The notes under the pieces were generated by a model, which was not told the DNA's origin, did no database searches, and saw nothing but the letters and a program-made list of their open reading frames with translations. A stretch of DNA of 64,000 nucleotides. Origin: a virus. Lineage: Duplodnaviria; Caudoviricetes. Shown piece after piece: positions 57,586-64,000 of the stretch. Position 1 is the stretch's first letter, and the number at the start of each line of letters is the position of its first letter. The position numbers and the translations under genes are program-made. Where the stretch lies: the IMG/VR virus record IMGVR_UViG_3300010163_000010, positions 41,183 through 105,182 of that record. The stretch is one strand, 5' to 3'.

Positions 57586-58021
57586 GTATCTTACCATTGA
57601 ATATTCTGCAAAAGTTGCAGAAGATGTCTGGAATGTTCGCACATGTGATCAATGCGGTGCTGTTGTTGACATGAATTGGGATCTCTTTGAGCGGCATAAG
57701 AGAGTTTCCGAGACTAGACTTAGTCATTATTGTGAGCTTCGGCATGGGGCTATAAACAAGTGTATCTGTGACCGGTGTACTAAAGAGTACATGGATCGCT
57801 TAAATTCTTGGGGCCATGCTGAGGGCGATTATGTGTTCACCTTTAAGTATGGTCATATATTCACCGATGAAGTGATTGACGAAGGTGACTCCGATAAGCA
57901 TGACTGGAGATTAAACCTTGATGGGATAGAAGATCGAGAAAAGCGTGAGGCTATTGTTCAGGGGACAGCTAAAACGGAAAAATATTCAATCGAATCTATG
58001 TATCGTCGACAAGAGAATTAA
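57578..58021 (+). CDS. Zn-finger protein, tandem paralog 3
   Basis: EDVWNVRTCDQC...ICDRCT. Confidence 0.75.
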   Translation: MDKYLTIEYSAKVAEDVWNVRTCDQCGAVVDMNWDLFERHKRVSETRLSHYCELRHGAINKCICDRCTKEYMDRLNSWGHAEGDYVFTFKYGHIFTDEVIDEGDSDKHDWRLNLDGIEDREKREAIVQGTAKTEKYSIESMYRRQEN

Positions 58022-58049
58022 GCTTGTGTAGATTCATTGTGAATTCATC

Positions 58050-58060
58050 CATATATTATA
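58050..58060 (+). promoter_or_regulatory. Early-type promoter CATATATTATA
   Basis: Matches the recurring motif. Confidence 0.7.
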
Positions 58061-58086
58061 CATAGAGTACTGGAGGTGAGTTCACA

Positions 58087-58797
58087 TTGAGAATGATAAC
58101 TCTGGACGAAGCGGTGGCTATAACCGATGACATGTTCACGAATTATGTGGAACCGGTTGGGCTGTCGCTTATGTCTGGAGAAGTCCCACAGATTATGTTC
58201 TCGATCAATCGTCGAGGTACTAAGGAGAAGGATTGGCTGGCTCAGGTTCGATTTAAGAACACGTTGGCAATATCGGTATTTCGCTGTGATGTTTATTTGG
58301 AGGATGTTTTTCGTTTGTGCCGGGATTGCAGACTCTGGCTTATAACGAGAGAAGTTTTTCAAGTGGCCGTTTTGTATGCGATGCTGCATCCGCTGTATCA
58401 GAGTCAATACGTAGACTTCGGGTTTGATGTAAATATCGACTACGAATCTATGATGGCCTCAGCCGGACGGCAAGCATACGCCTTTATGTCAAAGCATGTT
58501 CCGATTGTCGATCTGGTTCAGCCAATCGTTCTTGAGATCTTTCGATATCATATGATGATTTTTACGAATCATCATGAGGGGGAATTACACTCTACGCGAA
58601 CGCTGCGAGATCTGCAGAAGCAGTATGAGCAGATTATGCTGGAGAAGTATCGAGGGGCTTATTGTATGGCCCGGTATCGCAAAGCCTGGACATCTCTTGT
58701 AGATGCTGATGGGTTTATTGTGTTGGAGAAAAAGACTGCCGGAAGAACGATCTACAGTAATGATCGAATAGAAGACCAAACCGACCATATACTATAA
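58087..58797 (+). CDS. Early hypothetical protein
   Basis: 236 aa; GGAGGTG RBS; C-terminal DADGFIVL. Confidence 0.75.
   Translation: MRMITLDEAVAITDDMFTNYVEPVGLSLMSGEVPQIMFSINRRGTKEKDWLAQVRFKNTLAISVFRCDVYLEDVFRLCRDCRLWLITREVFQVAVLYAMLHPLYQSQYVDFGFDVNIDYESMMASAGRQAYAFMSKHVPIVDLVQPIVLEIFRYHMMIFTNHHEGELHSTRTLRDLQKQYEQIMLEKYRGAYCMARYRKAWTSLVDADGFIVLEKKTAGRTIYSNDRIEDQTDHIL
58786..58796 (+). promoter_or_regulatory. Early-type promoter CATATACTATA
   Basis: Matches the recurring motif; upstream of the RNAP subunit. Confidence 0.7.
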
Positions 58798-58825
58798 CCG
58801 TGTACTAAGGAAGGAGTGAAGTGTT

Positions 58826-60856
58826 ATGGGTAAAGGTAAAATGTCCAATCAGGAAAAGGCAATCCTGAAAAGAGCCAAGACGTTTCACTATGAGACGGAT
58901 CGTCTTGGTGCAAGTTCGTTGATGATCCAGCAGTCCCACACCAACAGCAGCCGCTGCATTATGTCGGCTAACCAGCTTCGCGATGCTGTCAGCATTAAGG
59001 ATCCCGAGCAGCCGCTGGTTCCCACTGGGTTCGAGAACGTTCTCGCGGGGTTCTCGCACATGCTCAATCCGGCTGACGCTGACTACGAGGTTGTGGCGAA
59101 GTTCGTGAAGAATGACTACAACTACGTTATTATCGGGTTTGATAAGAAGCATCGGCGCTATCATGCCTGGAAACGGGTGGAGATGGAGGAGCATTCGGAG
59201 GGGTTCTCTACCCGGTATAATAACAACTTTATCGATTCCCTTGAAGTTGGAGATAAGATCCACAAGGGCGATATGGTTCAGAAGTCCACAAACTTCGATA
59301 AGTCCATGAACTACGCCTATGGCAAGAATGTCAACGTTGTCTATATGGTAACGACCAATGTCTATGAGGATGGCATTTTGGCCATGAATGGCGTCGATCA
59401 GATGTTCAACACCTTTAGGTCATATACACTGGAGATCAATCTTGCCGATAACGAAATCCCGATTAACTGGTATGGCGATAAGGATCACTACCAGGGGATT
59501 CCGATGGTTGGCGAGAAGTGTCGTAAGGGCTATGCGGCTATTGTTCGGCGGGCCGATAACTACAAAGCCATGTATGACCTGAAAGCCAAGCGTATGCGGC
59601 ACATCGAGCGTGGGGACCGGCCGTACTATATGCATGGCCGAGTGATCGATATCGATATTCTCACAAACAAAGACCCCGCAAAGATGCTGGAGATTGGTGC
59701 AACACATCAGATCAACCAGTTGTACCAAGAGCAGCAGGATTACTATCGCAACCTCTACCAGTATATGCAGGATATTGTAGATGGTGCTGACGATGGGGGG
59801 TACACCTATACCGACGACTTCAGCATTATCTGTGAAGAGGCGCATGATTTCGTAGACTCCTCGGCATTCATGGCTGATAATAAGGATACCATCTATGGTA
59901 ATACCAAGATCATACTCCACATTCTTGATGAGGAGAAGATGATCGTTGGTTCTAAGTTTGTCGGCCGTTGCGGGAACAAGGGGGTCATTGCCAAGATCCT
60001 TCCGCCCGAGAAATCCTGGCACATGGAGGATGGCACGCCTATTCACTTTGTAGTAGCTACGCTTGGTGTCATTGGCCGATTGAATCAGTCTCAGCTATAT
60101 GAGCATTCGGCCAATGAGTTAGGTGCTACAGCAGTAAAAGCTATGAAGCAGACCAATAGCCTTAAGGAGAAAGGCAAGATTATCTATAAACTGCTGAAGT
60201 ATCTGAATCCAGACGAGGCTAAAGCGTTCAAGGCTTATTATGAGGCCCTTACTGATGATGAGAAGGCGAAGTACTGCAAGAAGCGGGAGCGTCTTGGCAT
60301 TCGGATTGTCCAAGACCCGATAGACAACGCCAACATTCTTGACTTTGCTGAAGCCTATGAGACGTTTCCGCCTAACTATCAGCACGTTATCTTTGAGGAT
60401 GGAACCAAGTCCTTGCGCAAGGTTCTGTGTGCGAAGATGTTCTATGTGCGATTGAAACAGGACCCGCTGGAAAAGTATTCTTCTCGGTCGAAGGGGCCGG
60501 TGAATCCGCTAACTACGTTACCGTCGAAGTCTAGTCTGCATAAGAAGTTCTTGGCTCCTCATTCCGATGTCCCGGTTCGGTTTGGCGAGATGGAGCTGGA
60601 GCTCTTGATGACCATGTGCAATCACCCGGCGGCTGTTGCTGACTTTATGACTGAAAACTCCACCAGCTATGAGGCTAAGTTGGCTTTGGCTCGGCATGAA
60701 TATATGGGTAACTTTGATGAAGAGGCTGATATGTCTGAGGTTGTGATGACGAGCAAGAAGAATGTTGAGTTGATCACGGCCTATATCGAGCCGCTTGGAA
60801 CGGAGATTGAGCTCGAGATTGAAACCGCTCCTGACGATGAGTACTTTGAGGCGTAA
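58826..60856 (+). CDS. Split RNA polymerase beta subunit, C-terminal half (non-virion RNAP type)
   Basis: NSSRCIM..NQ, YGKN, YEDG, GSKFVGRCGNKGVI, GRLN, RLKQ, RFGEME; early promoter. Confidence 0.92.
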   Translation: MGKGKMSNQEKAILKRAKTFHYETDRLGASSLMIQQSHTNSSRCIMSANQLRDAVSIKDPEQPLVPTGFENVLAGFSHMLNPADADYEVVAKFVKNDYNYVIIGFDKKHRRYHAWKRVEMEEHSEGFSTRYNNNFIDSLEVGDKIHKGDMVQKSTNFDKSMNYAYGKNVNVVYMVTTNVYEDGILAMNGVDQMFNTFRSYTLEINLADNEIPINWYGDKDHYQGIPMVGEKCRKGYAAIVRRADNYKAMYDLKAKRMRHIERGDRPYYMHGRVIDIDILTNKDPAKMLEIGATHQINQLYQEQQDYYRNLYQYMQDIVDGADDGGYTYTDDFSIICEEAHDFVDSSAFMADNKDTIYGNTKIILHILDEEKMIVGSKFVGRCGNKGVIAKILPPEKSWHMEDGTPIHFVVATLGVIGRLNQSQLYEHSANELGATAVKAMKQTNSLKEKGKIIYKLLKYLNPDEAKAFKAYYEALTDDEKAKYCKKRERLGIRIVQDPIDNANILDFAEAYETFPPNYQHVIFEDGTKSLRKVLCAKMFYVRLKQDPLEKYSSRSKGPVNPLTTLPSKSSLHKKFLAPHSDVPVRFGEMELELLMTMCNHPAAVADFMTENSTSYEAKLALARHEYMGNFDEEADMSEVVMTSKKNVELITAYIEPLGTEIELEIETAPDDEYFEA

Positions 60857-60860
60857 GAAA

Positions 60861-60896
60861 TGTGGGAGGGGCTTCGGCTCCTCCCACACCAGTTTT
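60861..60896 (+). terminator. Rho-independent terminator
   Basis: TGTGGGAGGGGC-TTCG-GCTCCTCCCACA. Confidence 0.8.
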
Positions 60897-60914
60897 ATGA
60901 AGATTTAATTTATC

Positions 60915-60925
60915 TATATACTATA
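60915..60925 (+). promoter_or_regulatory. Early-type promoter TATATACTATA
   Basis: Matches the recurring motif. Confidence 0.75.
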
Positions 60926-60970
60926 GATGTAGTCACAAGGTGACAAATATACTCAAGGAGGTATAACGTT

Positions 60971-63475
60971 ATGAGTAGGAAGAAGCACAGACTCAACAAT
61001 AACAGGCGTAACGGGTCGAGCAGCCCGACCTTTGGCGGGGGAGATCCCGCGAGTATCTTGTCCACGACTGCTCCGCGGATGGTCGTCGACACCACCGATC
61101 CCAGCAGTCCGATGGCCGACATTCTGAACACGCACACCCAGGGCGTAGAAGACTGGTCTATGAAAAAGGATTCTGATGGGTTCTGCGTGCTGCAGTTGAC
61201 GGCTGAGGGCTTTGAGGCCTTGGATGAGGTTCGGGTTCGTCGGTCCAAGAAGTTCTCCAAGAAGGTTGAGGACATCGTTGTCAACCAAGACCCCTATGAG
61301 AACTACAGCCCCAATGCCGCTATCACCATGCTCGACCAGGCGGTTGGTATGGTTAAGGGCGGCAAGTACAAGAAGGCTCTGGATAAGAGGGACAATAACA
61401 TCATCGATGAGTTGACCGATACGTTCCTGAACATGGAGTCGACCTTGCCGAACTTTGATCGGGTGTGCGAGGCGGTTCTGAAGTTGATTCGGGTCGGTAA
61501 AAGCTTCTATGAGTACTATCCGGATGACCTGTATATTGACAATGAACTGTACGATCGGGTGCTCGCAAAGTATCTCGGTTATGGTTTCACCGAGCCCACT
61601 GGATATGTACAGGCGGGGAAGAGCAAGACTGCCATCAGGTACCCGCTTTTGCACAATAACATGGACAAGAGCTATGTTCTGCGGAGCGGTGACGATATTC
61701 CGGAAGGCGTTAAGGAAACCACTAAGGTTGAAGATTGGCTGATTCGATGCTATAAGGTCATTGGGGCCACTTCTGAGACCGAGGTGGAGCTGGAGCTCTC
61801 TCCGAAGATCGACGGCATCTCGGTTAATGGCACTATCAGAACTGGCAAGAAGTGTGATGCTCTGTTCAATCCGCAGACTCGCGGTGATGAGACTGACTCC
61901 ATGAAGATTATTGGCATGGATGGCATTCAGTTAGGCTACGGCCGTGATAAAGAGATCGAATTCGGTCTGCAGCTTGAAGCCTTCGTGACCAATGATGACA
62001 TGAGAGGCGTGGCTGAGTATCTGAAGCTTGATCGACCTTATGCCAGCAACAGACATGCAGCTTCCGGAATCATCAGTCGGCTGTGTGCCAAGGAAGACGA
62101 TGAGCTGCTCCCGTTCCTCAGCTTCTATCCGATTGAGACGATGGGATTGGATAAGAGCTATGTTGAGCGGATGAAGTTCATCAAGGATTTTGAGGTTGTT
62201 CCGAGTGATATGATTGAGCGGAAGATTATTAAGGGCAATCTCAAAGAGCTGCTGGATAAGATCGAAAAGCAGTTCAGCAAGTTCGCCGAGAAGCGTGAGA
62301 GTTTGAGTTATGCGATCGATGGCATGGTTATCACATTTGTTGATGATGATTATCAGAAAGCGTTGAGCCGCAATGGCAGAACCAATAAGTATCAGTTGGC
62401 GTTGAAGTTTGATCCGGCCAGTGCTGTTGGTGTCGTCAAGGGCATTCACCTGGATTCTGGTAATAAAGGTTTTCGGACTATTCAGGTGGATCTGAAGCAT
62501 CCGGTGTTCTTGGATGGCGTTCGGTATGATCATGTACAAGTAGGCTCTGCGGCTTTGTTTGAGGACTTGCATCTACGGGAAGATTCGACCGTAAATGTTC
62601 ACAGGGTCGGCGATGTCATCCCGGCTATCAGTGTGATTCATGCCGGTAATGGGAAATTGCTGAATCTTCCTGAGCTTTGTCCGCAGTGTGGGAAATCCTT
62701 GACGATCAAGAACAAGAAGCTGTACTGCCCGAACATTGATTGCCGAGGAAATCTCTCTGGCCGAATTGCCGGGTTCTTGACTGGCATTGGTATGATCGGT
62801 TATGCGGATACGTTCATTAACAAGATGATCGATACCTGTAAGGTAACTTCTCTTGCTGATCTCTTTGAGCTTACAGAGGATACCTTCAAGAGGAAGGGCT
62901 TGACAGGAAAGATCTATATGGAATTCCCGGCTGCATTGCAGGAGGCCATCTCGAAAACTGATGACTTCAAGATCGTTGGCTCTATCGGTATTCCGGACAT
63001 CGGCCCGGCTCGGGCCCGCGACATGTTGGAGGGCTGCGGCGGCTGGGATTACTTCCTTATGTATGTGAATGGTAAACTTGATCGCGGTGAACGTAATAGT
63101 GCAAGAAACTCTCTTGCTGGATTAACTAAAAACATTCAAAAGCTCCTGGATCCCCGGTTGTTTGCACACATTAACGAATGCAAGCCGATCATCACGTATA
63201 ACTTTAACACTTTACGTGTTGGTCACACAGGAGTTACCCTTAGTGATGATGTGGTTAAGGTGTGTCGGGATATTGGTGCGATTGTCGTTGATGGTAAAGC
63301 ATTCGATGTATTGATTACAGGCGACTATGCGTCTACTAGTGAGAAGATGAGGGTCGCTGAGAAAAATAATATCGATATTTATGAAAGTAACGATTTCATT
63401 CAACATTATAGCACTGTGGCTGGTTCTATTACTCTTACCGATAGTGGGCATTGGGTACAGCAGAAACAAGCCTAG
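60971..63475 (+). CDS. ligA: NAD+-dependent DNA ligase with an N-terminal extension
   Basis: YY......D..YD, KIDG adenylation motif, TRGD, SNRHAASG, IDGMV, ALKF, GDVIP, CPQC...C....C Zn finger, HhH, BRCT-like end. Confidence 0.92.
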   Translation: MSRKKHRLNNNRRNGSSSPTFGGGDPASILSTTAPRMVVDTTDPSSPMADILNTHTQGVEDWSMKKDSDGFCVLQLTAEGFEALDEVRVRRSKKFSKKVEDIVVNQDPYENYSPNAAITMLDQAVGMVKGGKYKKALDKRDNNIIDELTDTFLNMESTLPNFDRVCEAVLKLIRVGKSFYEYYPDDLYIDNELYDRVLAKYLGYGFTEPTGYVQAGKSKTAIRYPLLHNNMDKSYVLRSGDDIPEGVKETTKVEDWLIRCYKVIGATSETEVELELSPKIDGISVNGTIRTGKKCDALFNPQTRGDETDSMKIIGMDGIQLGYGRDKEIEFGLQLEAFVTNDDMRGVAEYLKLDRPYASNRHAASGIISRLCAKEDDELLPFLSFYPIETMGLDKSYVERMKFIKDFEVVPSDMIERKIIKGNLKELLDKIEKQFSKFAEKRESLSYAIDGMVITFVDDDYQKALSRNGRTNKYQLALKFDPASAVGVVKGIHLDSGNKGFRTIQVDLKHPVFLDGVRYDHVQVGSAALFEDLHLREDSTVNVHRVGDVIPAISVIHAGNGKLLNLPELCPQCGKSLTIKNKKLYCPNIDCRGNLSGRIAGFLTGIGMIGYADTFINKMIDTCKVTSLADLFELTEDTFKRKGLTGKIYMEFPAALQEAISKTDDFKIVGSIGIPDIGPARARDMLEGCGGWDYFLMYVNGKLDRGERNSARNSLAGLTKNIQKLLDPRLFAHINECKPIITYNFNTLRVGHTGVTLSDDVVKVCRDIGAIVVDGKAFDVLITGDYASTSEKMRVAEKNNIDIYESNDFIQHYSTVAGSITLTDSGHWVQQKQA

Positions 63476-63499
63476 TGGCAAGAACCACGAAAAACGTGC

Positions 63500-64000
63500 C
63501 GAAAACGTTCCTGATTGTTATGTGAACGGTAACGCTTCGGAAATGAAGCACACCATAACACATGAATAATAGGAACGAATCAGAGTTAGAGAATGTCTGT
63601 TTTCGGCGGCGTGTAGGCGCCTCTCTGGGTCTCCCTTGATTGGGACCCTCCGGGGAGGTCGCCAAGTCGTGGTTACTGCCTTGGTCCTTTGAGACAGTTT
63701 CCGGTCAGCAGGGGTGAAGAGAGACCCGCGAAAGAGCTTACAGGTGAGGCGGGTAAATGCTTAGGGCCCGGGTCCTTTGCATAAGAAAAGTGTCGAAACA
63801 CGTTCTTCGGGACGATGAAAGTATGAACTGTGCTTTGGCCGTGTTGATCCTTGAATCAAAGTGTTTATGAATTCGTCCGTGAAAGTCGGGCGTATCAGTT
63901 GCGGTGTGGATTCATTCGTGATCCCACCGCGAACACTTCAATATGGTAGCAATCGGGGTGCCCCATGAAGGCTCCCGGTTCTATAGACAAATGATTCAAG
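63500..64000 (+). ncRNA. Candidate large structured non-coding RNA (may run past the window end)
   Basis: No credible ORF; nested helices, e.g. GGGTCTC/GAGACCC, TGTAGGC/GCTTACA, GCCGTGTTGA/TCAATATGGT, GCGGTG/CACCGC, and closing GTCTGT/ATAGAC. Confidence 0.6.

Noticed and set aside
63590-64000. Group I or II intron, RNase P RNA or tmRNA
   Set aside because: No interrupted gene, no group II domain V or GUGCG start, no RNase P GAGGAAAGUCC and no tmRNA tRNA-like ends
1-64000. Stop-codon reassignment or a diversity-generating retroelement
   Set aside because: Genes are full length under code 11 with all three stops used; no reverse transcriptase or template/variable repeat pair seen

Overview
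This window is a segment of a large (jumbo) phage genome of the phiKZ/AR9-like group. The host is probably a Gram-positive Firmicute, inferred from strong GGAGG-type RBSs, a Firmicute-phage-like holin and a ComEB-type deaminase. It carries split multisubunit RNA polymerase subunits: virion-type beta' (11367-12593), virion-type beta-C (49504-50247) and non-virion-type beta-C (58826-60856). Other recognisable genes encode a PhuZ/FtsZ-like tubulin, RecA/UvsX, DnaB- and Dda-like helicases, an SbcD-like nuclease, GyrB/GyrA-like topoisomerase subunits, NAD+ ligase, RNase H, ThyA, DHFR, an intein-containing dCMP deaminase and a minus-strand tail/holin block. Two promoter classes can be read directly from the sequence: 13 copies of YAYATAYTATW (early type) and 11 exact copies of RACA-N4-TATA plus variants (AR9-like late type). 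The most unusual observations are: (1) a dispersed bipartite intergenic element, CGGAACCCAC ... ~90 bp ... CGCCGGCG, at 18.1, 32.0 and 47.9 kb; (2) two large structured non-coding regions (13.8-14.2 kb and 63.5-64 kb); (3) a promoter- and terminator-bounded ~160-nt RNA with an 11-nt match to the RBS of a MazF-like gene; (4) a shared D-x-D-G-F-x-V-L peptide in the terminal extensions of the helicase, the ligase and an unknown early protein; and (5) a stand-alone minimal PolB-like protein. All calls come from reading motifs by eye; no searches were run.
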